The translations under genes and the position numbers were made by a program. This document shows, one piece after another, positions 10,186-20,286 of a stretch of 64,000 nucleotides of DNA. Within the stretch, counting starts at the first letter, position 1; every line of letters begins with the position of its first letter. The notes beneath the pieces are model-generated. The model searched no databases. It saw only the letters and a program-made list of their open reading frames with translations, and was not told where the DNA came from. Origin of the DNA: Defluviitaleaceae bacterium (GTDB lineage: Bacteria > Bacillota > Clostridia > Lachnospirales > WRAX01). The DNA lies in assembly GCA_009784615.1 (NCBI GenBank), contig WRBJ01000006.1, forward strand, positions 5,760 through 69,759, read 5' to 3'.

Positions 10186-10222
10186 AAAAAACACGGAAGG
10201 GATGATTACCTTCCGTGTTTTT
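10186..10222 (-). terminator. Intrinsic terminator after folT
   Basis: aaaaaacacggaagg-gatgatta-ccttccgtgttttt. Confidence 0.85.
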
Positions 10223-10224
10223 GT

Positions 10225-10731
10225 TTAAACAAGTTTTGCTTTTCTGCCGAAGTTTGCGGCGGCGGATATAAAAATTATTTGCAACGGCAACATTATTACG
10301 GTACGCAATACCCGTATTGCCAAAAAGCCAATTGCGCCTTGCCCTGTTATTTGCGTAAGCCAAAATGTGTCTAGGAACATATTCCACGCAATTGTTACAA
10401 TAAGCACAGCGAAGATAATGTTAAGGATGTTTTGGTGCCGCCCTTTATGCAACAATAGACCATATGTAACGCCCGTTAAAAATGCTGTGATTGTGAAGCC
10501 AGGGTGATATGTAAATGTGGAAAAGAGGAAAAACCCAATGACATCAGCCATAGCGGCGGCAATGCCCGCTTGCAGTGGACCATACTTCATACCGATTACG
10601 GCGATTGGCAAAAACCCAAATCCTATACGGATAAGCGGCGTTTGTATTGACAAAAAGCGCGTTAGAACAATTTCTAACGCAATAAGCATTGCGACTGTCG
10701 CAAGCATTGTTACCGTGTAGTGTCTGTTCAA
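10225..10731 (-). CDS. folT: Folate ECF transporter S component FolT
   Basis: AMLIALEIVLTRFLSI..P..RIGFGFLP, YHPGFT.TA motifs; preceded by a THF riboswitch. Confidence 0.92.
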   Translation of the reverse strand: MNRHYTVTMLATVAMLIALEIVLTRFLSIQTPLIRIGFGFLPIAVIGMKYGPLQAGIAAAMADVIGFFLFSTFTYHPGFTITAFLTGVTYGLLLHKGRHQNILNIIFAVLIVTIAWNMFLDTFWLTQITGQGAIGFLAIRVLRTVIMLPLQIIFISAAANFGRKAKLV

Positions 10732-10744
10732 TTTAAAAACCTCC

Positions 10745-10836
10745 CAGCGGATGCAAAGATATACCGCAAGCCTATCGACTTTTCGTCTGTTGGCGACTTC
10801 CCATCCAACAGCACTTAACGCATATCTTCTACTCTG
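10745..10836 (-). ncRNA. THF (tetrahydrofolate) riboswitch
   Basis: Minus strand reads cagagtag..tgcgttaagtgctgttggatgggaagtcgccaacagacgaaaag..ttgcgg..gcatccgctg, matching the THF aptamer as I recall it; its 3' end abuts the folT RBS gggagg. Confidence 0.9.
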
Positions 10837-10880
10837 AATTGCCCGTTATGGGCTTGAATAAGAACACCGGTTAAAACCGG

Positions 10881-12062
10881 TTAAGAAATTGCGGCTGAGA
10901 GCCGCTTTAAAATATAAGTCGAACCCAAAGCGCAGATAATATCATCGTCGCCAGCTTCGTTTATTGCCGTCTTCGCTCCTTCCTCTATAGAATTATAGAA
11001 AGCGGCATTTGCACCGCATTTCGTCAAATAATTTGCCAAATCTTTTGCGGGTAATGCACGTGGGCTGTCGGGTGTTATTGCGATAAATTTTTTGGCAATA
11101 GGCAATAATGCCTGTGTCATTTGTTGATAATCTTTATCTGCTAAAACACCGTAAACAAAGGTGATTTTTTTGTCTGGATAAAGTGCGGATAATGTTTTTG
11201 CGGTAGCTTCTGCACTTTGTACATTATGTGCGGCATCAACAATGAAAGTGGGATTGTGTCGCAAAGTTTCAAAACGCCAACGCCATTTTGTTGTAAAAAT
11301 TCCACGGCTTACGGCTTCTTTTTGAATATTCCATCCACGTGCCATCATCATTACAACTGCTGTAATAGCAAGCGATGCGTTTATTGCTTGGTGTGAGCCG
11401 TGTAGAGGCAATTGAACTTGCGACATTTCTTTCGTTAAAATATCTGCTACTTTGGCTAGTTTTACCCCATTGCGCACACATTTTGCGGCAATAACATTGT
11501 CTATAGTTTTTGATTGTGGGTAAGTAACGCAAATTGTGCCACGTTTAATAATGCCGGCTTTTTCGGCGGCGATTTTATCTATTGTATTGCCCAAATATTC
11601 TGTATGGTCTATACCGATTGCTGTAATTACAGCAACTTCGGGCATTGGTATAACATTGGTAGCGTCCAGCCTGCCGCCCATACCGACCTCTAGCACCACA
11701 ATATCACATTTTTGTCTGTAAAAATGCAGCAATGCGGCGGCGGTGTAAACTTCAAATTCGGAGGGTTTATCGTCCATTGCAACTGTCTTTGCTTCGACCT
11801 CTTGCAAAAGTGTGTCAAAATCTTCCTGTGCAATTTCAGTATTATTAATTTGGAGCATTTCTGTAGAAGAGATTATGTAGGGCGAGGTAAAAAGACCAGT
11901 TTTTAAACCAGCCGTAACAAAAATATTTGACAAAAATGCACAGGTAGAACCCTTACCGTTTGTTCCTGCCACGTGTACATATTTTAGGTGATTTTGCGGG
12001 TTGTCAAGTAATTCTAAAAGCTGTGAAACACGCTCTAAACCCAATTTTATCTCGTGTTGCAT
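10881..12062 (-). CDS. folC: Folylpolyglutamate/dihydrofolate synthase
   Basis: HVAGTNGKGS, GLFTSP, EVGMGGRLDATNV, DH..LG, EKAGI, DAAHN; start set at ATG 12062. Confidence 0.95.
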   Translation of the reverse strand: MQHEIKLGLERVSQLLELLDNPQNHLKYVHVAGTNGKGSTCAFLSNIFVTAGLKTGLFTSPYIISSTEMLQINNTEIAQEDFDTLLQEVEAKTVAMDDKPSEFEVYTAAALLHFYRQKCDIVVLEVGMGGRLDATNVIPMPEVAVITAIGIDHTEYLGNTIDKIAAEKAGIIKRGTICVTYPQSKTIDNVIAAKCVRNGVKLAKVADILTKEMSQVQLPLHGSHQAINASLAITAVVMMMARGWNIQKEAVSRGIFTTKWRWRFETLRHNPTFIVDAAHNVQSAEATAKTLSALYPDKKITFVYGVLADKDYQQMTQALLPIAKKFIAITPDSPRALPAKDLANYLTKCGANAAFYNSIEEGAKTAINEAGDDDIICALGSTYILKRLSAAIS

Positions 12063-12067
12063 AAAGC

Positions 12068-12097
12068 ACCCCCAATATGTTATAACATATTGGGGGT
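12068..12097. repeat. Perfect 30-bp palindrome overlapping the folC RBS
   Basis: acccccaatatgtta/taacatattgggggt. Confidence 0.85.
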
Positions 12098-12103
12098 ATA
12101 TAG

Positions 12104-12256
12104 TCAAGTTTTATGTGAAAAATGTGGTTTAGATTTTTGCATTTGTTTGTTTAAATGCATATCCAAATATGGGTCGTTGTCTTTGATGCCTGTAAAGTCG
12201 TTGGTTGACACCACCGCCGCAGAAATTGGTTTTGGGTCAGGGAAATCCTTTTTCAT
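12104..12256 (-). CDS. Small 50-aa hypothetical protein (not in the ORF track)
   Basis: Strong RBS aaggaggtg; MKKDFPDPKPISAAVVSTNDFTGIKDNDPYLDMHLNKQMQKSKPHFSHKT*. Confidence 0.6.
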   Translation of the reverse strand: MKKDFPDPKPISAAVVSTNDFTGIKDNDPYLDMHLNKQMQKSKPHFSHKT

Positions 12257-12329
12257 AGCACACCTCCTTTTTATTAGCTTGACCTTGCGGGTGGTTTATA
12301 TGTATAATGGAAGAAAGGGAGGTTTTGGG

Positions 12330-14261
12330 ATGAATGAAAGAATTTCAGAGCTTGTTAATATTTTGAACAAAGCGTCGTCGGCTTATGAAGCAGGAAGTCC
12401 GATAATTATAGATTTAGAATATGATGCGCTATATGACGAACTTTTAGGTTTGGAAGCCAAAACAGGCATTGTTTTAGATAATTCTCCAACACAAAAAGTA
12501 GGGCACGAAGTGGTGTCGTCATTAGAAAAAGTGCGGCACAGCGCACCTTTGCTATCTCTTGATAAAACAAAGGATGTTGCGAAATTGCAGAGCTTTTTAT
12601 CATTAGGGCAGGGGATTTTGTCTTGGAAGCTGGACGGGCTTACGATTGTTTTAAAATACGCCGATGGAAAGCTGGTTCAAGCTCTTACACGTGGTAATGG
12701 CGAAATTGGTGAGGATGTAACGCATAACGGGCGTTTTTTTCGTAATGTTCCTAAAAAAATTGATTATAAAGGTGAATTGAGCATACGTGGTGAAGCCGTA
12801 ATTGGCTTTGCCGAATTTGAGCGGATTAATGGCGAAATTGACGGCGAAAAATATAAAAATCCACGCAATTTGTGCGCAGGAACGATAAGGCAGCTTAACA
12901 GCCGAATATCCGCAAGCCGTAATGTAGATTTTTTTGCTTTCGCTGTGCTTGCAAGTGATTTGGAATATGCAAAAAAAACTGAACAATTAGAATTTTTGTC
13001 AGGTCTTGGCTTTGCTGTAGCCGAGCATAAATTGGTAGCCGAAAATAATGTAGATGAAGCGGTTAATGCTTTTAAACACGCTGTCGAAGGACTAAATTAT
13101 GCCACCGATGGGCTTGTGCTAACCTATGATGATATTGAATTTAGCGAAAGTTTGGGTGCAACATCGAAATTCCCAAAAGATTCCATAGCGTTCAAATGGG
13201 CAGATGAAATGGCGCAAACACGTCTTATTGACGTGCTTTGGAACACATCTCGCACGGGCTTAATTAATCCTATAGCTATTTTTAAAAATGTAGAAATAGA
13301 AGGAACGAATGTAGAACGTGCCAGCCTTCATAATTTATCCATTGTAGAAAGTTTGGAGCTAGGCATTGACGACGAAATATCGGTCTATAAAGCAAATATG
13401 ATTATACCGCAAATTGCAGAAAATTTCACACGTAGCGGTGGCATTAAGCCGCCCGAAAACTGCCCAGTATGCAACGCCCAAACCCATATTAAAGACGAAA
13501 ATGGTGTAAAAACACTGCATTGTACCAACCCAAATTGCAAAGCACGTGTTGTACGTACAATAGTGCATTATATAAGCCGTGATGCGGCAAATATCGACGG
13601 CTTTTCAATACAAACTGTGGAAAAATTCCTTGAACTAGGATTTTTAGAAAATTTCAGCGACATTTACAAAATTGGTGAATATGAGGAGCAAATTACAAAC
13701 TTGCGAGGTTTCGGCGAAAAATCTTTTGCCAATCTGATTGCCGCAATCGAAAAATCAAAAGATATCGCATTGCCTAACTTTATTTATGGTTTAGGTATTG
13801 ATAATGTTGGATTATCAGGCGCAAAGGCATTATGCCGCAATTTTAGCAACGATTTTAATGCGATAAGAAACGCCGAACCACCAGAATTTGCCGCAATTGA
13901 TGGCTTTGGCGATATAATAGCCGCAAGTATTTACGAATATTTTCAAAACCCCGAAAACAACCGCATTGTAGACATCGCTTTGGCTAATTTGCGCATTACA
14001 AAAACTGATGTTGCCGAGCATCGACAAAATACCGCAATCGCAGGTAAAACCTTTGTTATAACAGGTGATTTGCAACATTTTAAAAACCGCAAAGAATTAA
14101 CAGACCATATAGAAGCCGCAGGCGGCAAGGTTGCAGGCTCGGTATCCAAAAAAACAGACTATCTTATCAATAACGACACAACATCTACATCATCAAAAAA
14201 CAAGAAAGCAGAAGAACTGGGCGTAAAAATTATTAACGAACAGGATTTTCTGCAATTGTAG
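12330..14261 (+). CDS. ligA: NAD-dependent DNA ligase
   Basis: KLDG adenylation motif, TRGNG, NPRN, Zn finger, C-terminal BRCT (GSVSKKTDYLI); real start ATG 12330 after RBS gggagg. Confidence 0.97.
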   Translation: MNERISELVNILNKASSAYEAGSPIIIDLEYDALYDELLGLEAKTGIVLDNSPTQKVGHEVVSSLEKVRHSAPLLSLDKTKDVAKLQSFLSLGQGILSWKLDGLTIVLKYADGKLVQALTRGNGEIGEDVTHNGRFFRNVPKKIDYKGELSIRGEAVIGFAEFERINGEIDGEKYKNPRNLCAGTIRQLNSRISASRNVDFFAFAVLASDLEYAKKTEQLEFLSGLGFAVAEHKLVAENNVDEAVNAFKHAVEGLNYATDGLVLTYDDIEFSESLGATSKFPKDSIAFKWADEMAQTRLIDVLWNTSRTGLINPIAIFKNVEIEGTNVERASLHNLSIVESLELGIDDEISVYKANMIIPQIAENFTRSGGIKPPENCPVCNAQTHIKDENGVKTLHCTNPNCKARVVRTIVHYISRDAANIDGFSIQTVEKFLELGFLENFSDIYKIGEYEEQITNLRGFGEKSFANLIAAIEKSKDIALPNFIYGLGIDNVGLSGAKALCRNFSNDFNAIRNAEPPEFAAIDGFGDIIAASIYEYFQNPENNRIVDIALANLRITKTDVAEHRQNTAIAGKTFVITGDLQHFKNRKELTDHIEAAGGKVAGSVSKKTDYLINNDTTSTSSKNKKAEELGVKIINEQDFLQL

Positions 14262-14271
14262 CAAGATATAC

Positions 14272-14736
14272 TTACAAATTTTTAATCTTAAAATCACGCT
14301 CGTTTTCACGACGAGCGTCTTTTTGTGCTATGCTGTGGCGTTTGTCGTACAGTTTTTTACCTTTTGCAAGGGCTATATCTAACTTTACATAAGCCCCTGA
14401 AAAATAAATTTTTACAGGAATTATTGTGTACCCTTCACGTGTTACCGAACCCAGTAGCTTATTAATTTCTCGCTTATGCAAAAGCAATCGGCGTTTGCGC
14501 AATGGGTCTTTATTAAACATATTTGCTTGCTCATACGGCGATATATGCATATTAACAATAAAGGCTTGGCGGTCACGTACTTCAACGTGGGCTTCGCCAA
14601 GGTTGCATTTGCCCGCACGCAAAGATTTTACCTCCATACCAAAAAGTTCAATGCCAGCTTGAAAAGTTTCCTCGATAAAATAATTAAACTTTGCTTTTCT
14701 GTTTTGTGCAATTAATTTATAACGTCTTTCGCTCAT
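14272..14736 (-). CDS. smpB: SsrA-binding protein
   Basis: NRKA..NY.IEE...AGIEL.G.EVKSLR, RRLLLHKREI, GKKLYDKR. Confidence 0.97.
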   Translation of the reverse strand: MSERRYKLIAQNRKAKFNYFIEETFQAGIELFGMEVKSLRAGKCNLGEAHVEVRDRQAFIVNMHISPYEQANMFNKDPLRKRRLLLHKREINKLLGSVTREGYTIIPVKIYFSGAYVKLDIALAKGKKLYDKRHSIAQKDARRENERDFKIKNL

Positions 14737-14816
14737 ATCTTTCACCTCATTTACATTATAGCCCAAAATAAAATAATTTGCAAATTTTTTCCGAAGGTAT
14801 TATAATGTAGGTAATT

Positions 14817-15821
14817 ATGCAAAAATACAGAAGAGGTGGTCTTGTGTTTAAATTAAAATGGCGAGGGAAAAGGCGGCAAAAACGGGCTTTATCCCCAATG
14901 GATGCGTTGCGTCGCAAATATTTGCGGTTTAAAATAATAACGCTGTCGGCAATTGCATTGCTTGCAATTGGCTTATTTTCGGCGGTTTATATTAATTATG
15001 ACTATCTTATTTTTAAAACGCTTATCGCAGGTAATTATATCCACACCAGCACGTTGGATGATATGATGACAGAGCATTTGGGCATTGACCCACAAGGGCG
15101 ATATGGGCGTTATTTTGACAATCTTGTTATTTCTATAGTAACGCGTGAGATACGGGCGCAGGGCAACGACCCTTACACATTTTTACAAACTCCGCCACAA
15201 CGTATAGCGCACGAAAATTTAATACAACAAGAAGCAACAAGAGCAAGGTTTTATGAAGTTGCCCCAGGCATTGCCTACCTTAACCTGCCAAACACATCAC
15301 CATATGTAGAAGATTTTGTAATGGCACGCCGCAACGAAATAAATGCCTTTGACAATATAATAATAGATTTACGAGAGAACTTAGGCGGGGAACTAGCGTC
15401 GTCCCAAGCAATAGCGGGGCTATTTTTAGAACGCCGTGCCGTGGTTAATTTTGAGCAAGCCCGTATGGATTTTTGGCCTTTTACACGTGAACGCCGTGCA
15501 AGCGGCAACCAAGTGTTAGAATTTGAAAATATCGTAATATTACAAAGCACCGCAACAGCATCTTCTGCAGAGGTGATTATTACGGCATTGCAATATCATT
15601 TGGATAATGTTACAACCATTGGCGAAACCACATACGGCAAGGCTGTTGGGCAGGTGCTAATCCCGTTGCGGCGTGGTTTTGCAGTCAACGGCACCGTTAT
15701 TATTGTAGAAACCCCTGACGGTAACACAGTGCATAATGTGGGCATTACACCCGATATTGCACATAATGCAGATAATGCGCTGGAAGCTGCAATACAATTT
15801 TTGCAAGGAGAACGTCCGTGA
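14817..15821 (+). CDS. S41 family (tail-specific/CtpA-like) peptidase, membrane-anchored, no evident PDZ domain
   Basis: IIDLRENLGG, TASSAE (Ser), GETTYGKA (Lys), GITPDI; start may be GTG 14844. Confidence 0.85.
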   Translation: MQKYRRGGLVFKLKWRGKRRQKRALSPMDALRRKYLRFKIITLSAIALLAIGLFSAVYINYDYLIFKTLIAGNYIHTSTLDDMMTEHLGIDPQGRYGRYFDNLVISIVTREIRAQGNDPYTFLQTPPQRIAHENLIQQEATRARFYEVAPGIAYLNLPNTSPYVEDFVMARRNEINAFDNIIIDLRENLGGELASSQAIAGLFLERRAVVNFEQARMDFWPFTRERRASGNQVLEFENIVILQSTATASSAEVIITALQYHLDNVTTIGETTYGKAVGQVLIPLRRGFAVNGTVIIVETPDGNTVHNVGITPDIAHNADNALEAAIQFLQGERP

Positions 15822-16720
15822 TAACGCTAAAACCTGCTGATTTCCCAAAACGATTAAAAAATATCGACGATATGCCGGCACAGCTTTATGTAAACGGTGG
15901 TTTTGGCGTGGGTTTTGACGAAACCCCGACAGTAGGCATTATTGGCGCAAGGGATAATAGCTTGTACGGGAGAAAAGTCGCACAGCAAATTGCGCAGGAG
16001 CTTGCAAATTGCGGCATTATCATAATCAGCGGTATGGCTCGTGGGCTTGATGCTCACGCTCATCGTGGTGCATTATCGGCAAACGGTAGAACCATAGCCG
16101 TCTTGCCAAGCGGCATAAATGTATGCTATCCGCAAGAAAATTACGAGATTTTTAAACAAATCCCACAAAACGGTGCATTGGTAACAGAATACCCGCCAGA
16201 CCATAAACCGCAAAAATGGCATTTTCCCGCACGCAACCGCATAATTTCCGCACTTTCTGATATATTAATTGTGGTGGAAGCGGGCGAACGTAGCGGTACA
16301 TTTATCACGGTTGACCACGCTCTTAACCAAGGTAAAGAAGTATTGGTCGTGCCTGGCAATATCACCAGCAAACAAAGCAAAGGCGCAAATATGCTAATAA
16401 AGCAGGGTGCAGGTATCATCACATCCTATTTGGACGCAATTATCATTCTGCAACGCCAAAGGCATTTGGAAAAATTTTTCAAAGCCTTAAAAGCTGATAA
16501 CAAGAGCATTACAATGACATCAACACAAGTTGCGCAAAATTTTTTACTTGCAAACGAACATTCATTGGTGTATTCTTGTATAAATCACGAACCCTGCACC
16601 ATAGATTTTATTGTATACAAAACAGGGTTAAGTGTGGCACAAATTAATACAATTCTCTTAGAAATGGAACTTATGGGACGTATTAAAAAAATAACAGGCA
16701 ATAGATATATTCTAAATTAA
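15818..16720 (+). CDS. dprA: DNA-processing protein DprA
   Basis: IIGAR, ISGMARGLD, HFPARNRIIS, VVEA...SGT; upstream of topA. Confidence 0.95.
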   Translation: MITLKPADFPKRLKNIDDMPAQLYVNGGFGVGFDETPTVGIIGARDNSLYGRKVAQQIAQELANCGIIIISGMARGLDAHAHRGALSANGRTIAVLPSGINVCYPQENYEIFKQIPQNGALVTEYPPDHKPQKWHFPARNRIISALSDILIVVEAGERSGTFITVDHALNQGKEVLVVPGNITSKQSKGANMLIKQGAGIITSYLDAIIILQRQRHLEKFFKALKADNKSITMTSTQVAQNFLLANEHSLVYSCINHEPCTIDFIVYKTGLSVAQINTILLEMELMGRIKKITGNRYILN

Positions 16721-16733
16721 TGAGGTGTAAACA

Positions 16734-18830
16734 TTGGCGAAAACAGCGGCAAAAAAATCAGAGCCAAAGGCGAAAAATTTGGTGATTGTAGAATCGCCCG
16801 CAAAGGCAAAAACTTTAAAAAAATTTTTAGGCTCTGGTTATAAAATTGAAGCATCTATGGGGCATGTGCGTGATTTGCCCAAATCAGAGCTTGGCATAAA
16901 GATAGACGAGGATTTTGAGCCGAAATATATAACCATACGTGGTAAGGGCGACTTGCTTGCGAAATTGCGCAAAGAAGCCAAAGCGGCAAAGATTGTATAT
17001 CTTGCAACTGACCCGGACCGTGAAGGCGAAGCTATTTCGTGGCATCTTTTGCACGCCCTTAAAGTAGAGCCAGAAAAGACTGCAAGAATCACATTTAACG
17101 AGATTACAGAAACAGCAGTAAAAGACAGCATAAAAAACGCCAGACCAATAGATATGACATTGGTTGACGCACAGCAAGCCCGTCGCACGCTAGACCGTGT
17201 TGTGGGCTATAAAATAAGCCCATTATTATGGAAAAAGGTTAAAAAAGGCCTATCTGCTGGTCGTGTACAATCTGTTGCACTAAAAATAATTTGCGACCGT
17301 GAAGAAGAAATTGAAAACTTTATCCCCGAAGAATATTGGAGCATTGACACCGTATTAAGCGGTGTGGCAAAAAAACAATTTGAAGCAAAATATCACGGCA
17401 CAGGTGGCAAAAAGGTTAAGCTAGAAAATAAAGAAGCTGTTGACAAGGTGCTTAAAGTTGTCGATACGGCTGACTTTGTGGTAGAAGATGTAAAAAAATC
17501 GCAACGCAAACGCCAACCGCAAATGCCCTTTACAACATCCACATTACAACAGGAAGCGGGTAAAGAGCTTAATTTTGCCGCCCGCAAAACAATGATGGTA
17601 GCTCAACAACTTTATGAAGGTGTCGAGATTTCAGGACGTGGCACTTTGGGTCTTGTTACCTACATCCGTACGGATTCTACGCGTATATCTGATGAAGCGT
17701 TTACGGCGGGTCGTGATTATGTTTTGGATAACTTTGGTGCAGATTTTGCTGTTAAAACTAAACCAGAACCAAAAGCAACACGCCGCACACAAGATGCCCA
17801 CGAAGCCATCCGCCCGTCATATATCAACATCCGCCCAGAAGATATTATGGACTCCCTTACAAAAGACCAATACAAGCTGTATCGCCTTATTTGGCGGCGT
17901 TTTGTTGCGTCGCTAATGACACCTGCTGTTTTTGATACAGTGGCGGTTAAGATTGTAGCAGGCAAGCACCAATTTAATGCAAATGGCTCTATATTGCGGT
18001 TTGAAGGATATAAGAAGGTTTACTTGTCAAGCGATGATAAAGAAGATGATGCCAAGGCTTTGCCTGAAATTGCCGTAGGTGAGGTGTTAAAACTGGTAAA
18101 AATAACACCTGCGCAACATTTTACACAACCTCCGCCGAGATATTCTGAAGCAACGCTTGTTAAGGCTATGGAAGAAAATGGTGTTGGCCGTCCGTCAACA
18201 TATGCTCCTACAATCGCAACGCTTACCGCTAGGGGCTATGTTTCTAAAGAGCAAAAGAACTTGCACCCAACCGAATTAGGCGGTGTTGTAAACACAATTA
18301 TGATAGAAAATTTTGAACAAATAGTTGATATTGACTTCACTGCAAAAATGGAAGAAACGCTTGACGGAGTAGAAATGGGCGAAGTAGCTTGGAAAGATAT
18401 TTTGCGCAATTTTTACTACCCGTTTAATGAAACCGTAGAGCGTGCCGCCGAAATTATTGATAAAATAGAGATTAGGGACGAAGAAACGGACGTTTTATGC
18501 GAAAAATGCGGTCGCAATATGGTAATAAAATTCGGGCGGTATGGGCGGTTTTTGGCTTGCCCGGGTTTTCCTGATTGTCATAATGCAAAACCGCTTTTTG
18601 AAGACGCAGGGGTAGATTGCCCACAATGCAAAAAAGCTCGTGTTATGATTAAAAAGTCCAAAAAAGGGCGTATTTACTATGGTTGTGAAAATAACCCCGA
18701 ATGTGATTATATAAGCTGGAACAAACCAACGGGCAAACCTTGCCCAAATTGCGGCAAACCGCTAATAGAAAAAGGCAAAGCGCAAAAAGTGGTTTGCAGC
18801 GATGATAAAACCTGTGGGTATAGGGAGTAA
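16734..18830 (+). CDS. topA: DNA topoisomerase I
   Basis: LVIVESPAKAKT, ATDPDREGEAI, SAGRVQS, TYIRTDS, C-terminal Zn ribbons. Confidence 0.98.
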   Translation: MAKTAAKKSEPKAKNLVIVESPAKAKTLKKFLGSGYKIEASMGHVRDLPKSELGIKIDEDFEPKYITIRGKGDLLAKLRKEAKAAKIVYLATDPDREGEAISWHLLHALKVEPEKTARITFNEITETAVKDSIKNARPIDMTLVDAQQARRTLDRVVGYKISPLLWKKVKKGLSAGRVQSVALKIICDREEEIENFIPEEYWSIDTVLSGVAKKQFEAKYHGTGGKKVKLENKEAVDKVLKVVDTADFVVEDVKKSQRKRQPQMPFTTSTLQQEAGKELNFAARKTMMVAQQLYEGVEISGRGTLGLVTYIRTDSTRISDEAFTAGRDYVLDNFGADFAVKTKPEPKATRRTQDAHEAIRPSYINIRPEDIMDSLTKDQYKLYRLIWRRFVASLMTPAVFDTVAVKIVAGKHQFNANGSILRFEGYKKVYLSSDDKEDDAKALPEIAVGEVLKLVKITPAQHFTQPPPRYSEATLVKAMEENGVGRPSTYAPTIATLTARGYVSKEQKNLHPTELGGVVNTIMIENFEQIVDIDFTAKMEETLDGVEMGEVAWKDILRNFYYPFNETVERAAEIIDKIEIRDEETDVLCEKCGRNMVIKFGRYGRFLACPGFPDCHNAKPLFEDAGVDCPQCKKARVMIKKSKKGRIYYGCENNPECDYISWNKPTGKPCPNCGKPLIEKGKAQKVVCSDDKTCGYRE

Positions 18831-18833
18831 AAA

Positions 18834-19691
18834 ATGAATGCAAAAATTTTATATAACCAGCTGGGTAAAGATTTTGTAACCCCGCAAATGACGGATTATA
18901 ACTGGTCTGGAATTATGGGCGATATGGCTGATTTTGTCTGCGATGAATATAAAACTCGAAATATGGGATTGATGTGTGATTTTGCGGATGAGATAAACAA
19001 GGTTTTCACCGCCGTATTTCCTTCCGACGCTGTATTGAAAGCGGTTTTGAACGATGGCGTGCAAGATGCAATAATTTTTGTACATCATCCAATAGTTTGG
19101 GATTTAAGCAAAGACGATACAAAAGCGTGGTATGATGTTAATGCAGAGCTTTTGCAAGAAATGAAACGGCGTAAGATTTCATTATTTAATTATCACGTGC
19201 CACTTGATAGTTTCGGAGAATATTCCACAAGCAAAACCCTTGCAGAAACGGTTGGAGTAATCGTAAAAACACCATTTATTCCTTACCACGGCGGACTTTG
19301 CGGTGTTTGGGGTTATGCAAATCTTAAAAATGCAACAGACCTTAACGCTGTATATTCGCAGGCTGTGGGACATAAAACTAAAATATATCAATACGGCAAT
19401 GATGAAATTGCTGATGGAAAAATCGCTGTTGTGGCGGGCGGCGGTAATGATGTTGATGTGTTGACAGAGCTTGTAACAAATGGCATAAATACGCTTGTTA
19501 CAGGCGTTACACGTGCCAGCGATTATACAAAAGCCGCCCACGATTTTGCAAAAGCTAATAAAATAAACCTTTTGGGCGGCACGCATTATTCAAGCGAAAA
19601 ATATGCTTGCATTGCTATGGTCGATTATTTTAAGAATTTAGGGATTGATGCCGAGTTTGTGGCGGACGAACCTTGTTTTGAGGATATGTAA
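18834..19691 (+). CDS. Nif3-like dinuclear metal-centre protein
   Basis: FVHHP, YHVPLD, VAGGG, GTHYSSE motifs. Confidence 0.82.
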   Translation: MNAKILYNQLGKDFVTPQMTDYNWSGIMGDMADFVCDEYKTRNMGLMCDFADEINKVFTAVFPSDAVLKAVLNDGVQDAIIFVHHPIVWDLSKDDTKAWYDVNAELLQEMKRRKISLFNYHVPLDSFGEYSTSKTLAETVGVIVKTPFIPYHGGLCGVWGYANLKNATDLNAVYSQAVGHKTKIYQYGNDEIADGKIAVVAGGGNDVDVLTELVTNGINTLVTGVTRASDYTKAAHDFAKANKINLLGGTHYSSEKYACIAMVDYFKNLGIDAEFVADEPCFEDM

Positions 19692-19820
19692 AATAAATAA
19701 AATCTTACAAGATGGGCTTGGCAATCAAGTGACAAAGGGTCGTGTGGGTGTTGCCGAAGTCTAACAGACAAAAATCGAATGATTCCGTATATATTAAAAA
19801 ATAAAGGTGGAATCTATTTT

Positions 19821-20246
19821 ATGTTATTTAAGCGACCGTTAAAACCAGCTTTGACCCTGCTATTACTTATTGCGATGATTTCATTAGGTGCTTGCAGTCA
19901 GAGTTATCCAACATTTATGTCATTTTCATTCAGTACATCAGCACCGGCAGATTCGGTTCGTGAAAAGATTATTTATATTAACAGCAATATAGATAGTTTG
20001 CGATTAAATGCGAAATTGCAAATGGATTTTGGAACCGTCTATATTCAAATATTAAGTATTGATGATGAGGAAGTTATTTGGAGTAATAGCTACGAAGATG
20101 ATTCGAGCTTTATAATTGAGCTATCAAATTTAGAAGCTAACAGTGAATATTTAATAAGAATCGATACGATTCAATCCCAGAGGGTGCAGCTTAGCATAAC
20201 CTCTGATTCTAAACTTGTAGAGGCAAGAGAAAAGCCCGACAGGTAA
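19821..20246 (+). CDS. Hypothetical lipoprotein
   Basis: Lipobox-like SLGAC after a hydrophobic stretch; start set at ATG 19821 after aaggtgg. Confidence 0.65.
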   Translation: MLFKRPLKPALTLLLLIAMISLGACSQSYPTFMSFSFSTSAPADSVREKIIYINSNIDSLRLNAKLQMDFGTVYIQILSIDDEEVIWSNSYEDDSSFIIELSNLEANSEYLIRIDTIQSQRVQLSITSDSKLVEAREKPDR

Positions 20247-20257
20247 AGCGCAATCAT

Positions 20258-20286
20258 AAAACGGACACCTCGAAAGTGTCCGTTTT
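20258..20286. terminator. Intrinsic terminator
   Basis: aaaacggacac-ctcgaaa-gtgtccgtttt. Confidence 0.85.

Noticed and set aside
12054-12329. 92-aa N-terminal extension of LigA in the ORF track
   Set aside because: Promoter and RBS point to ATG 12330; the region holds an opposite-strand small ORF and a palindrome
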